From the NCBI GenBank assembly GCA_964016885.1, contig OZ024741.1:159216001-159280000 (forward strand): DNA of 64,000 nucleotides, in the 5' to 3' direction. Source of the stretch: Eledone cirrhosa. Taxonomy: Eukaryota. Positions within the stretch are counted from its first letter, which is position 1. Every line of letters starts with the position of its first letter. Below the pieces are notes generated by a model. It searched no databases. It saw only the letters and a program-made list of their open reading frames with translations, and was not told the origin of the DNA. Positions 41,478 to 56,164 of the stretch are shown piece after piece. Position numbers and translations under genes: made by a program.

Positions 41478-41680
41478 AGAACAAAAGATTGTTAAAGGAG
41501 TTCCATGTATTTTATTATGCGCATTTCAAAAACAAATATCATCATGCAATAATATATGGAACTCCTTTAACCATCTTTTGTTCTTATATATTATGTATAC
41601 TCCAGTCCCACAAACTGTAGAGTGCTTCTTATCCGATATCTGCATTGCTTTATTGTACTACAATAAAACTCACCTCCTAC
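41472..41680. repeat. Fold-back (33-bp arms) with ~90-bp one-sided tail between (TA)n runs
   Basis: TATAAGAACAAAAGATTGTTAAAGGAGTTCCAT and ATGGAACTCCTTTAACCATCTTTTGTTCTTATA. Confidence 0.75.
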
Positions 41681-42129
41681 ATATATATATATATATATAT
41701 AAACTAGACCCTCCAAAATTATAACAATATATATGTATGTGTGTATATATATAAGTGGTGCTATTAAGTTAGACATGGCCTGGGTCAATACTGGCCGAAA
41801 GTTATTAAAGTTATATATATATATATATATATATTGTCACTACTCATATAAAAGTTGACTTCCTATTGTGGGACCCAAAATTTGGATTTTTCCATGTATC
41901 TTGTGTAAAAGTCAACCCTAATTTTTTATGGACAACATAACATTTATGAATCGAAGTATGGACCTGAACATAAATGTTACAGATTTGAAATTCATTTTCT
42001 CTATCTCTATAGCTCTCTCTTTGGAAGATATCAGCTGTACTCAGACCTGAAGAGGGAGAGTATCACTCAAGTTTAAATGGCTAAAACACATTATATGTTA
42101 TAACACCACTCCTACGACTATCAGAATTT

Positions 42130-42750
42130 AAGAGCACAAGGTAAAATACAGATTGTATGATGTTTGTGTGTGAAATACAATGTTGAATGGTAGTAAAACA
42201 TGGGCAGTGAATGCAGTGGATATGTGGAGACTGAACAGAAATAAACCAATCATGCTCTGATTGATGTCCAATGAATGATAAAGCATGGATGAACTGAGAG
42301 AAGAGTTAGAGTAATCAGATGCTATGTGCAGGAGAAAGGATTGTGTTGATATGGACATGTATTGCATATGATGTAGAGGTCTGAAGGGGTTCAAGTGGAA
42401 GAAAGTCATGAAAGTGGAAGACCAGGGGTGGTGAAAAGCTAACCTCAACAAAGAAAATGACACAGGAAAGAGAAAAATGGAAGGAAGCTGTGGTAGAGGA
42501 AGACCAAGAAAGACATGGGCAGAGGTGGTGAAAAGTAGACTTCAAACTACACCTAACAAAGGAGATTAGACAGGAAAGAGACAAATGGAAGGAAGTCATG
42601 GAAGCAGAAGACCAAGAAAGACATAGACAGGGGTGGGGTGAAAAGACTGACCTCAGAAAGCTACACCTCGCAAAGGAGATGACCCAGAAATGAGTCAAGT
42701 GGCGGGAATCTGCGGTAGAAAGGGCTCAGCTAACAAATCCAATAATGATG
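42130..42750 (+). pseudogene. Old RTE 3' fragment with a triplicated terminal ~110-bp coding segment
   Basis: LYDVCV..MLNGSKTW homology; GAAGACCA..GGTGAAAAG..ACCTC..AAGGAGATGACAC unit present three times. Confidence 0.7.
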
Positions 42751-43467
42751 ATACTGATATATATATATCGTTATTAGATTTTGCTTCTTCAGCGTAGGTA
42801 AACAATAACAAGAGCTCAATGTTGATATCTATCAGATTAAATGATATGGTTTAGTAAAAAGGTCAGATGTTACAAACATAATGTTGGTTTCTCTCTGATG
42901 GGAATATGTTAATCATTGATAAAACACTACTAACCATTTCCATATATACTAACAGGTATATAAATGGTGATACTGGTAGCAGTGGTGGTATAGCAGGTAT
43001 GTTGTTGGAGTTGTTAGTGGCCATAGTGGTGATGGTAGTGGTGGTAATAGTGGTGATGATGATGTTGGTGATGAAGGTGTTGGTGGTAGTGGTAGCAATG
43101 TTGGTGATAGTGGGTATGTTGTTGTTGGTGGTCAAAGTGGTGATGGTGGTGGTGATGGGGTGTTTGCAAATATGATTGTAATGGTAGTGGTGAGGGTAGA
43201 TGGTAAAAAAAATAATTTATCATATAAAAGACAATTTCCAAATAAAACTTCATAATCTGTAATTTCTTTCTTAACCATCATATGGTGGAATGCTCATCTC
43301 ACCACCAAACCCATCCATTCAAACCTAGCCAGTATACGGTGGGTTACCTCTTATTAACCATTAAACTATTCCTAACCATTATAAAGCAGATTACCTATCT
43401 TGTCACCCTTAACCATTATGATGAAATACTTCTCCCACCTCTCATCCATCTTTTCCTAACCATCTAT

Positions 43468-43740
43468 GGCACATGACTTAGTGGTTAGGGTGTTGGACTT
43501 AGGATCATAATGTTTTGGGTTTGATTCCTGTACTGAGGTGGATGTCATGTTCTTGAGTAAAACATTTCAGTCCACATTGCTCCAGTATACTCAACTGAAA
43601 ATAAGTACCAACAGTAGCTGGAGGTTTAACCATGTGAAGGACTGGCATCCTGACAGGGATAAGTCTAATACTCTCAGTCCTGTAATGCCATGGAAACCAG
43701 GATAAACACCAGCCTGAAGAGTCTCCAGGCTCAAGACTTT
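43468..43740 (+). mobile_element. Different tRNA-derived SINE inserted in a degenerate CTAACCATCC minisatellite (43270-44070)
   Basis: GGCACATGACTTAGTGGTTAGGGTG (A box) and GGGTTTGATTCC (B box); a related head occurs at 51751. Confidence 0.65.
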
Positions 43741-46166
43741 CCTTCACAACCATATAGCATGATGTCTTCTTCATTAACCATTCAACCATTCCTAACTATC
43801 ATAAGACAGATTACTTCTCTCATCACCTAGCCATCCTTTCCTAACCATCCTACAACAGATTATCTCTCTCATCCCCCTAACCATCCTATAGCAGGATAGC
43901 TCTCTCATCACTCATCCATCCTTCCTAACCATCCTACAGCAGATTATCCTTCTTGTTACCCATAGATTCTTCCTTAACCATCATATGATAGAATACCTAA
44001 CTCATCACCCATCCATCCTACCATAACCATCCTATAGCAAGATAGCTTTCTCATCTCCTATCCATCCCACTCTGCTCATTTTCTTCCATCTTTTGCCAGT
44101 TGATTGAGTAAAAATGAATCGGAATCTTATGGATAATACTGAAGAGGTTACTGGAAGGAAAAAAAATTTGCTCTATGTTGCAGACACACATGCATATATA
44201 CATAGATACACACACACAGAGATATATATATATACACACACACACACATACAAGCATATATACACACAAACATACATACACATATATATATACATACATA
44301 TGTATATATACACACATAAACCTATATATACCTACATAAACCTACATACGTGCATATATATACACACATAAACGTACATACACACACACAAACATATATA
44401 TTATACATAAACTTACACACACAAATAAGTAAATATATATATATGTGTGTGTATCGATGTTAATATGTGTTTGTAATTGTGTGTGCATATTTATATATAT
44501 GTATATATATATATTCGTGTACGTTTATGTGTGTATATATATGCACACACACAAATGTACACACATGCATACAAATATATATATATATATATATATATAC
44601 AAACATGTATATACACATAAGCATGATTGCATGTGCACATGTTCATTAAATGATACATTTGTTTCAATATCATCATCATAGGCATGTGAGGGGAAAGAGA
44701 GAGGAAGGAAGGAAAAGAGAGACATACAGAGGGGGAAAAACAGCATGTGTGTGTGCTTGTGTGTGTATGTTTCTGTTTGTGAGTGTGAGGATGTGTATGT
44801 GTATGACTGATACAGTGTGTGTGTTTATGTATGCCTCTGTGATTATGTGTGTATGAATATGAGTGTATTTGTGTGTGTGTGTGTGTATGTGAGTATAGTA
44901 AAAGAAGACAGCAAGCTGGAGAGGAACAACTGCGCTGCTAAACCTGCCTGTTGCAGCAGCCTGCATTTCTGCCATTCTGCTTAAATGTGCAATCAAAGTA
45001 CAGTTTACTGCACACTTTATAGAATCAGTAGCCATTACAGTTTACTGTTTATAGAACCACGCTGAACGAAGTATTCTTTGTGATTGTAATAATTAATGCA
45101 AGAAACAGAAACAATCAGTGAACGATTGGTGAACAGTCAATTAACTCTTAACATCCTATACCACATGAAACCATGTTAGTAAGACCTTCTTCAAAAGGGC
45201 AAAACAGTACTATGGTTGCAACATGTTAACTCTTAACATCCTATACCGCACAAAACCGCATTAATAAGATATTCTTGAAGAGGGTAAAACAACACTACGA
45301 GTACATTCAAAATTGAAGTCTTTACTTTAATATTACAAATTTTTACAACAATCTGTCCACTAGTAAAAACACCATAAACATTTCAATTAACAAACCACAT
45401 AAAACCCTATTAGCAAGACATTCTTGAAAATTATGAAACAACAATTTAACTGCATCACATTAAAAATTAAAGTCTTTACTCTAATATTGCAAATCTTCAC
45501 AACAATCTCTCTACTAGTAAAGATACATTTGAATTAGTAAACCTGTTCTTAAATATTTTCTGCTAAATCCTTACAGAATGTTCTGAGTTAATGATTAGAG
45601 AATGGCCAGTGAACAAATATGAAAAAGCAAAGAAAAGAGCTGTCATATTGGACCAAAGAAAAAAATGTTTCCTTTGTTCTTTTCATTGCTGTTACATAAC
45701 TCCTAGCAGCACTTTTCCAGTGACAGGAAGCAAAATTTGAACTCAGAATGTGAAAAGCTGAAACACATGTCTTCACATATGTATATATGTTTGTATGTAT
45801 GGTCCCATAACTCCCGATACGGGCATAGGGGCGCCGTATTGAGATACACCGTTTCTTAGGCATTTTAGCCTGGTGGAGTCTATTCCTCTCCAGGCCTGAG
45901 TATAGCAGATTTCTTCCAGAGAAAGATAGAAAGTGAGAGAGAGGAAATGAGAAAAAGATATAGAGGAAGTATCAACCCCAGTACTAGACTGGTATGCTTG
46001 GTGGGATTTCAACTCAGAAAGCAGAGAACCAGAATGAATACCGCAAAGCATTCTATCCGACATTCTAACGACTCTGCCAATTTGCTGCCTCCACAAACGC
46101 ATATATATTACCAAAATATTTTGCTGTTTAAGCATTCATACATAAGTTGTATATAAATACTGTGAA

Positions 46167-46206
<40 letters not shown>

Positions 46207-46452
46207 AACATATGTATGTATGTGTGTAAATCAATCAATTTCCCGTAATTAGTGCAGCCAGTTGTTGGGGTGCCATTTTAGACATTTGACTGTGTCCATA
46301 ATTTCAATGAGTTTTAGAAATGCTTTATAATGAAGTGAAATTATTGTATATAGTGCTCAGGTGCACTACAATGCTTGATGGTGCCCATCTCCTTTCTAAG
46401 CATACAATCCCTTACACATACAGATAAACACCTACACACACACATACATACA

Positions 46453-46706
46453 CAGTGCCAGATTTACCATTGTGCTTAGGTGTGCTTAAGCACAGGGCCC
46501 CTGTTGGCCCATCTTCCTGCCAACAAAATTTGTTACAATTGACTTTTCAAATGTTTGGGGCCTCATAACTTAACTAGCACAGGGCCTCATAATTTAACTA
46601 GCACAGGGCCTCATAACTTAACTAGCACAGGGCCTCATAACTTAACTAGCACAGGGCCTCATAACTTCACTAGCACAGGGTCTCATTTGTCCTAAATCCA
46701 GCACTG
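46453..46706. mobile_element. hAT-like MITE with an internal 23-bp tandem array
   Basis: TIRs CAGTGCCAGATTTA and TAAATCCAGCACTG; GCACAGGGCCTCATAACTTAACT repeated about five times. Confidence 0.75.
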
Positions 46707-47384
46707 AACAAACACACACATACAGACACACACACAAATATGCAAAGACACATTCTATAATGTTAGTAAAGACACATTCTATAATGACAGCAAATTATCC
46801 AAATGTGAATTTCATGTAAACTGTGTGCGCATGTGTGAAAGACACACTGTTAACAGTAGAAATATTTACATAAGGGTTTTAGTAAGTAGGTAATAAACCC
46901 AGACAGGTCAGTGAGGGAGGGGGGGGGGGGTATCTGAGTTTAGAATTGGTTCAGACCCTGAAGACTCCATGTAACCAAGAATCTGTATATACATTTCTGT
47001 ACACATTTTTCTTTGGCCAACAATTCCATGTCTTTTGACTGGATAATTTAATTAAACAAAAATTGATTTATCCAATTAATCGTTTCATTTAATTAAAAGA
47101 AATAAAATATACCTAGTGGGGAAAACAGACGTTAAATGATGATATATATATATAGGATATAGATCAAAATTGTAGCTGCCATATAGCAGGTACTATTTGA
47201 GTTGTTTGAGGCAATCATAAAGCACTCAATGGAGCGAGAAGTTAATACATTACCATCCAAAGTAAACACAACAGTTAAAAAGTGTACCAAGAAAAACGAC
47301 TGAAGGCTGTGGCCATCATATACTACAACAACAATAAATACAGAAAGATATATATACATATTCACACACACACACACACACACA

Positions 47385-47535
47385 CGTGGCTGGGTGGTTA
47401 AGGTGTTCACTTTGCAACCAATTTGTTCCATGTTTAGTCCCACTGATTGGCACCTTAGATAAGTGGTTCTACTCTAGCCTTGGGTTGACCAATGGTTTGT
47501 GAGTGGAATTTGAAAGATGGAAACTGCAGGAGTCC

Positions 47536-47572
<37 letters not shown>

Positions 47573-47745
47573 TTCTGTTTGTCTCTGTTTATATTTGTAA
47601 CTTAGTGGCTCAACATAAAAGAAATCAATAAAATAAGTATCAGTCTTGATAAAATAAGTACTGTGGGTTGATATAATCAAGTAAATTAAGGTGGTGACCA
47701 TCATAGATGCAATCTACTGATTGAAACAAGTAGAAGATTAAAAGA
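47385..47745 (+). mobile_element. Octopus-type tRNA SINE with internal (GT)n
   Basis: CGTGGCTGGGTGGTTAAGGTG head and TTGTGAGTGGAATTTG..GATGGAAACTG body; fragments at ~3555 (-), ~13220 (-) and ~47940. Confidence 0.65.
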
Positions 47746-48080
47746 GACTAAAGGGATGAATTATACTTAACAGAAAAATAATTTGTACCATTGGCCACAA
47801 GACTAGAAGTTTTGTGGAGGTGGTACAGTCAATCATATAGACTCATCAGTGACCAGTATTTCATTGATACTTAGAGATATTGACCACCCAGATGATTGAA
47901 AGATCAAAGTCAACTTCAGTGGGATTTGAATGGCTGCGTGGAAGCACATTCATGGCTGTGGGGTTAGCAAGTTTGCTACACAGCCACCTGTTTTCAGGGG
48001 TTTTTCTCTGCTACATGACAACTTAGGCAAATATCTTCTATAGCAGCTTCAGGCTGGCCTGTGTAGGAACTCATCATATA

Positions 48081-48300
48081 CGAAGGGGTGCTGAAAAGTT
48101 CCTGGCTTTGGATAAAAGGAAATACAGGAGGATCAGTTAATTATGATTTTATTCAATATATTCCCCTTCCAGATTCATACACTTATTGCAGAGGTCCTTC
48201 AGTTTTTCTAAGCTCTGTAAAAAAAACTCGGAAGGTTGGTCCTCCTCCAACCAGGCCTTTGTAGCAGTAATCAAGCCGGGAACTTTTCAGCACACCCTCG
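48081..48300. mobile_element. mariner-type MITE
   Basis: TA|CGAAGGGGTGCTGAAAAGTTCCTGGCTT...AAGCCGGGAACTTTTCAGCACACCCTCG|TA. Confidence 0.88.
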
Positions 48301-48800
48301 TATGCTTACGTGTCTGTGTGTGTGTCTATCTGTATGTGATGTATATATGTATGCATGATTGTGTATATGTCTGTGCATCATAGCTTCACATATGACATTA
48401 CTAACACAACCAGTAACATTTGTGTTTGGCATGAATAGAAGTCTCATGCAAATATCCATACTTTACTTAACAACTTTAATGTTCAAACCGGCCAAAACCG
48501 GCCAGAATGCTCTACCTTTTTCTGTTGAAACTGGCTGTAACTGGTCACTCAAACTGATGTTAAGGTATTGTTCTCAAAATAAATACTTTCAAAATTTCAT
48601 AGATTCGATATTATGTGAGATAATTATGAGAGATAAAGCCTTTACCATGAAAATATAATAGTATATATAGAGTAATGTGATTGTTAAAGGGTTAACTCTT
48701 AATGTCCTGTACCATATGAAACTGCATTAACAAGAAATTATTGTAAAATTCAAAACAGCAGTATGACTGGATTACATTAAAAACTGACATCTTTACTAGA

Positions 48801-49163
48801 CAGTGTATCCCCGGCATTCACAATCCCAGCATTCGTGGTCCTGGTTATTCGCATAATTTTCCTTAGAACCTAACTAATAATTGTTCGTGGAAACCATTGC
48901 ATATTCACAGAATCGTAAATATCTTCCGCGATTTTTTTTGTGGCAATATATATTTTTAACACTAAATTATTAATAACAATATACCATATTTGCCGGCTTA
49001 TTGGATGCCCCTTCGCATAAGATGTTCCCTCTTTCTTTATTATATTTTACATTATATTTCAACGTTTATAGGTATTTTTATGGACCACGTCCAACATTTT
49101 GCGGTTTTTCACTCTTCGCGGGGGCTCTAGGAACGTAGCCCCGCGAATACCAGGGAACAACTG
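48801..49163. mobile_element. pogo/Tigger-like MITE
   Basis: Imperfect TIRs CAGTGTATCCCCGGCATTC and GAATACCAGGGAACAACTG; interrupts a repeat homologous to 45140-45580. Confidence 0.6.
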
Positions 49164-50014
49164 GAATACTGGAATTTTTCACAAGAATTTGTCCACTTGT
49201 AAAGATACTATAAATATTTGAATAAACAAACCTGATTTTAGATATTTTCTGCTAAATCAATACAAGATGTTAAAAAACAAGTGAGGCATGCAGCTATAGA
49301 ATTCTGCCTCAAAAATGTCTTGCCCAACCCATGCTAGCAAGGAAAAGCAAACATAAAAATAACGATGATGAACAAAAGGAAGCATAACTAATTAAACACT
49401 GCAAGTCTGTTTCTCAACCAATTCTGCTGAATCTTCATAGTCCCCATTTAATGAATTTATAATGATTTATTGATTAACCCCTTCAATACTCAATTGAAAC
49501 CACCCCTGGTTCTATAATACAAAGCTGTTTATTTTTAAGAGTTTACATTTATCTAAAATCCTTGTCATAATTTTATGTAAGAACCTTTATTAAGTTATGT
49601 TCCAAACACCAGCTTAATAGTGAGAAAGTTAGTTATGCTATTAAATTGCTCTAAATACTTAATCATTTGAAAACCATAGGCAGTCTCTTTTATTGGAAAT
49701 ATAGTAATGAATAGGTTAAGGTAGCAAATTTACAGAATCATTAGAGCATTGTATTTGTTCCATCTGACTACACTCTGGGTTCAAAACCCACTGAAGTCAA
49801 CTTTGCCTTTCATCGTTTTAGAGTCGATTAAACCAGTCTAGGAGTGATGGATTAATGAAATTGTTAAGAGTTGGAAAAGATGCTTTGTAGTATTTGATCC
49901 AGCTCTGTGCATTCTGAGCACAAATTCTAGAGGAATACAACTCAAACTATACATATTCCAATATTGTTATTTCAAATTCATTCCATATTAATCGCAGTTT
50001 ACCATTTAACATCC

Positions 50015-50240
50015 ACCTCATCATCGAGATCCAAAATGGGGTAGAGATTTTTGACAAAACGAAACCCACCTGCCTTGCCACTAACTGGAGCAAAGATGGT
50101 ATTGGATTCTTGCTATTCCAAAAATATTGCCCATGCCCCTCATCCAAGCCCTTCTGCTGCAAGTCTGGCTGGAAGATCACACTGGTTGGGAGCTGCTTCA
50201 CTTCAGGAGCAGAATTTCGCTACACATTAGTGAAGGAATA
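50015..50240 (+). pseudogene. Ty3/Gypsy pol RNase H fragment
   Basis: GVEIFDKTKPTCLATNWSKDGIGFLLFQKYCPC...GWKITLVGSCFTSGAEFRY. Confidence 0.8.
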
Positions 50241-50454
50241 TCTCAGGACTTTATTACTAAAATTTAAGTTGTATTCCTTTAAATTACACCTGCTTCTGCA
50301 AAGAGTTGTGACCAGCAGAGAGCATCATCAATGAAAAGACCGATGGGAACACTGTTTCCTTGGTCCAATCTGATGATCGGCTGCTTTCCTTTCCTCTTAC
50401 TGATTAAAAAAGACACAGAATAATTTTCTTTAGTATCATTTATTAATAGAAGAT

Positions 50455-51108
50455 TTAGTGGGTTGGCATAATCATTAGAACATTGGGCAGAATGCTGTGT
50501 AACATTCAGTTGTGACCCTTTTCATTCTGAGTTCAAATCCTGTCAAAGTTAACTTTGCTTTTCATTCTTCCAGGTTCAATAAAATCAAAGGTTGATTTAA
50601 TCAAATTTCTGGTCTTATGACTATGTCAGAAACAATTATTTATTAAGGGAGGGTTGATTTTGACCTTTTTTATATTATTTGTTTGGGCATCAGAGAAAAG
50701 GGCTTGCAATATTTGTTCTGGCTCTTTACATTTGGGGTTCAAATTCCATTAAGATCAACTTTGAATTTCTCCTTCTAGTGGTTGATAAAGTAACAGGTCA
50801 AATTTATCAATTAATCCCTCTCTAAAAATGTCTGGCCTAGTAACTATATTAAAAATAATTATTATTATTAGGGTGGCGGATTGACAGTATCGATAGAGTA
50901 TCAGACACTGTTTTGTGGCATAGAGTTACGTCCTTTTGCGTTCTGAGTTCAAATCCTGATGAGGTTAGCTTTGCCTTTCATCCTTACGAGGTCGATAAAA
51001 TAAAGTACCAGTAATGCACTGGGATCGATTTAATTGACTTTCCCCTCTCCCAAAATTGTTGGCCTTGTGCCTAAAGTAGAAACAATTATTATTATTATTA
51101 TTATTATT
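50455..51108 (+). mobile_element. Stack of three (ATT)-tailed SINEs on the plus strand
   Basis: GGGTGGCGGATTGACAGTATCG...GAGTTCAAATCC...GAAACAATTATTATT; a further partial copy at 49720-49840. Confidence 0.85.
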
Positions 51109-51415
51109 TCTCATATTAGAAGTTATTTGTTTTCAAATTTATTTCTTGTGAAGGTGGGGCAGTGATAAGATAGGGGTGTTTGTTTTGTTTAACTCCTAAC
51201 ATTTTGTAATGATTTAGTAGAAAATATCTAAAAGCTGATTTGTCAATTAAAATGTTTACAATATCTTTATTAGTGGACAGATCATTGAAAAAAATTGCAG
51301 ATTTAAGGTAAAGGCTTTAATTCTTCATGTGATACAATCGAAATGCTGGGTTTTTTTAATATTTTACTTTCCTGCCAATGTATTTCAATGTGATTGAAAT
51401 AAAAAGGGGTGGGAA

Positions 51416-51716
51416 TCATCATCATCATCATCATCACTGTTTTACGTTCATTTTTCCATGCTAGCATTGGTTTGACGAGTTGTCCTGTTGTGAGAAATGC
51501 CAGCTCAGGTGACCATGTCTTGCTCATACAGAACTGATTTTGGTTTGGTTTCTACAGCTGGATGCCCTTCCTAACGCCAACCTCATTTACAGTGAGTACT
51601 GGGTGCTTTTTGCCATGACGCCTACACCACTTTACAGTGTGCACTGGGTGCTTTTTGTTGTGACACCTACACAACCACTTTACAGTGCGCGCTGGCTGGT
51701 TTTTGTCGTGACACCG
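51416..51716 (-). mobile_element. RTE 3' UTR (subfamily C type) with three ~40-bp internal units
   Basis: GGATGCCCTTCCTAACGCCAACC plus three TTACAGTG..CTGGGTGCTTTTTG units, matching 63880-64000. Confidence 0.8.
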
Positions 51717-52184
51717 GAGGATCACTAGTATAATGCATAAATTCAGTGAAGGCGTGTAGCTTAGTGGTTAGGGTGTTTAACTTACAGGTGCATTGTACAT
51801 GTAATTAAGAGTCGGCCTTGTCACAAATTGTGTCATGCTGAATCCCCCTGAGAACTACATTAAGCGTACACGTGTCTGTGGTATGATCAGTCAATTACAC
51901 CTTAATTCTATGAGCAGGCTGTTTTGTTCAAACAACTGGAACACTCGTTGCTGGAATCAACTGAAGACCAACAACACAAACATTCAGATAGACATATATA
52001 AAGAGACAGGCAAGTCAGAGAAAAGGACACTTAGTGTATGTTTATACTTATTGTGAAAGGAGGAGAAAAAAAATCATTAAATTGAACCATAAACATACCC
52101 ACACCTACAAATATACATAAACATGTATCTCCACTTACACATAGAGTGCATAGTTTTACAAAGGAGAAGAGAACATTACAATAG

Positions 52185-52282
<98 letters not shown>

Positions 52283-52349
52283 TCATTGATTAGCGTCCAT
52301 TTTCCACGCTAGCATGGGTTATATATATATATAAGCAGCATGTATAAGC

Positions 52350-52405
<56 letters not shown>

Positions 52406-53079
52406 ACATGCATGTATGGAAATATATATATGTATATCTAACATTAGTATAATACTATAAAAACATGAACATTAAAAATTATGAAAAATAGGGTGTGTGT
52501 TAAATATATTGTATGAGAGTTCATGAAAAAGAGAGGGGGGGGAGAGAGAGATTAAGAGAGAAGTAGTAGATGAGAGGGAGGAGTGAGTGAGAATGAGATT
52601 GGGAGAGAAGAGAGACGGTGGAGTGAGAGATTCAGAGAGACATAGTAGAGATAGAGAGAGAGGGGGAGAGAGAAGACCGGTATGTGTGTAGCGAAGAAAA
52701 GAAAAAAAAGAGAGAGAAAGAAGGAAAGAGGTAGAAAGGATGTGTGTGTGTGTGTATGTATGTGGGTGTGTGTGTGTAGTGAAGCCAGAACCCAATTAGA
52801 GAGAAAGAGTATTGTTAATTAGTTGGGTAGCAATTAATACTGTCGTTCATTGCTACCCAATATTCCTTTCTCTTCTTACATCCCGGGTACATATATAGAT
52901 ATGTATGTATATATATATACATATAAATATATGTGTGTGTGTACATTATGTAACTATGTATATTCATACGTATATATATATATATAAGTATACATATATA
53001 TGTATATACAACATACGTGTGTTTATATATATATATATACACTCAACCACACATACATATATATACACATATATATGTA

Positions 53080-53585
53080 TATCATCATTTTACGTCCGCT
53101 TTTCCCTGCTTGCATATATATATATATACATATATACACATATATATACACATATACATATATACACATATAAATGTATACATATATATATATACACATA
53201 TATATATATACACATATAAATGTATATATATATACACATATATATATATATACACACATATAAATGTATATATATATATACATATATATATACACATATA
53301 AATGTATATATATGTATATATATATATATATATATACATATATATATACACATATAAATGTATATATATATATATGTATATATATATATACATACACATA
53401 TATATATACACACATATACATATATATATACACATACACATACACATATATGCACATACACATATATACACATACATATATATACACATATACATATATA
53501 TATACACATATACATATATACACATACATATATATATATACACATATACATATATATATACACACATATACATATATATATACAC

Positions 53586-53664
<79 letters not shown>

Positions 53665-54148
53665 CACATATACATATATATATATATACACATATATATA
53701 TATACACATATACATATATATATATATACACATATATATACACACATATATATATATATATATATACACATATATATATATACACACATATACATATATA
53801 TATATATACACATATGTATATATATATATATATATATACACATATATATATCATCATCAAGGGTGGGACGGGTCTTATTCAGCACAGCATCTCTCCACTT
53901 GTCACGGTCCTTCGTCATCTCCACCGTGAGCTTCAGCGATCTGAGGTCTGTTCTCACCACCTCCGCCCATGATTTTCGTGGTCTACCTCTACCACGTCTT
54001 CCTTCAACTGGCATTTCCTGGCACTTCTTCACCCATCGGTCATCCTCCATGTGCATCACATGTCCATACCAACTCAGTCTCCTCTCCCGTACACTACATT
54101 CTATCCCTCTCAGACACAGTTTCTCTCTCAACACATTCAACACATTCA
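53080..54148 (-). mobile_element. RTE subfamily B 3' end split by ~740 bp of TA/CA microsatellite
   Basis: 53080-53114 (tail to TTGCA) plus 53860-54148 (AGGGTGGG...) together equal the contiguous sequence starting at ~60130. Confidence 0.85.
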
Positions 54149-54195
54149 CATATATATACACATATATTTATATATACACACACATATATATATAC

Positions 54196-54262
<67 letters not shown>

Positions 54263-54553
54263 CACATATATATATACACATATATATATACATATATATA
54301 TACACATATATATATATACATATACATATATACACATATATATATACACATATACATATACATATATACATATATATATATATATACATATATATACATA
54401 TATATATACATATATATATATACACATATATACACATATATATATACAAATATATATATACACATATATATATATACATATACACATATATATATATACA
54501 TATACATATATACATATATATATACACATATATATATACACATATATATATAC

Positions 54554-54585
<32 letters not shown>

Positions 54586-55714
54586 ACATATATATATACA
54601 CATATATATATACACATATATATATATACATATATATATACACATATACACATATATATATATATACACATATACATATATACATATATACATATATACA
54701 TATACATATATACATATACATATATACATATACATATACACATATACACATATATATATACATATACATATACACATATACACATATACATATATATACA
54801 CATATACACATATATACACATATACATATATATATACACATATACATATATATATACACATATACATATATATATATATATATACATAAATATATACATA
54901 TGTGTGTGTGTCTGCCTACACACACGCACACATGTTTATATATATATATATATAAACATATGTGTGTGTGTATAGGCAGACACACACACACACACCACAT
55001 ACACACACGCAGACACAAGGAAAGGGGTTGATCGTTGAATGTAAGTAGGTGGATAAATATATATAAACGGTACCAATACACTGACAAACGATGTCATACA
55101 GCGAAACACTACCATACACACTAGTACACACTGACATACACTGCCATATACTATAGTAACACACTGATACACACACACACACTAATACAGACCAACACAC
55201 ACTAGTACACACCAACACACAGTATGTAACTAGGCTAAATACAGAAGTGAAAGTAAAATGTACTACATACATTTATAAACATTGACTTGGCTTTGGTACT
55301 ACTGAATGAACAGAAACAGTAGATGGTGGGGGTGGTGTAGTGTAGCAGTAGTAGTAGTAGTAGTAGTAACAACATAGATTAACAGAGATAGAAAGATAGA
55401 TAAATTGATGGACAGACGGACGGTTATATGGACAGATATATAGTTGAGAGGAAGATATACGGGTAGATATATACATAGACAGCTATATAACTATATAGAT
55501 AAATGCATGGATATATATATATATATACATATATATACATATATATATATCCATGCATATATACACATATATATATATATCCATACATATATACACATAT
55601 ATATATATATCCATACATATATACACATATATATATACATACATACATATATATATACATATATATATACATACATACATATATATATACATATATATAT
55701 ATATACATACATAC

Positions 55715-55745
<31 letters not shown>

Positions 55746-55991
55746 CATACATATATATATACATATATATATACATACATATATATATATATATATACAC
55801 ACATATATATATACATATATATATACATACATATATATATATATATATACACACACATATATATATATATACACACATATATATATATATATATATACAC
55901 ATATATACATACACATATATACACATATATACATACACATATATATGTATATATATGTGTATATATATATATATGTATACATATATGTGTG

Positions 55992-56143
55992 TGTTGGTCA
56001 GTCAATGGTAACATTGAGGACCAAATAAATTAAATTAACCGATATAAAGGAAACAGAAGCGAAAACCAACCAAACAGTGAGTGTGTTCTGCTATTAATTC
56101 TGGCAATATTATTACACAAATATGACCCTCTCCAAGTATAACA
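55992..56143 (+). mobile_element. Short TA-flanked repeat related to the family-1 PLE terminus (second copy 61742-61890)
   Basis: Ends ATGACCCTCTCCAAGTATAACAA, similar to ATGACCCTCCCAAAGTATAACAA at 3276-3298. Confidence 0.55.
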
Positions 56144-56164
56144 ATATATATATATATATTTTTT

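Noticed and set aside
42863-43253. Poly-His/Thr/Val ORFs
   Set aside because: Degenerate (GGT/GAT)n trinucleotide repeat.
48465-49718. TTAA-bounded piggyBac-like MITEs (48465-48694, 49474-49718)
   Set aside because: TIRs too short and degenerate to support from sequence alone.
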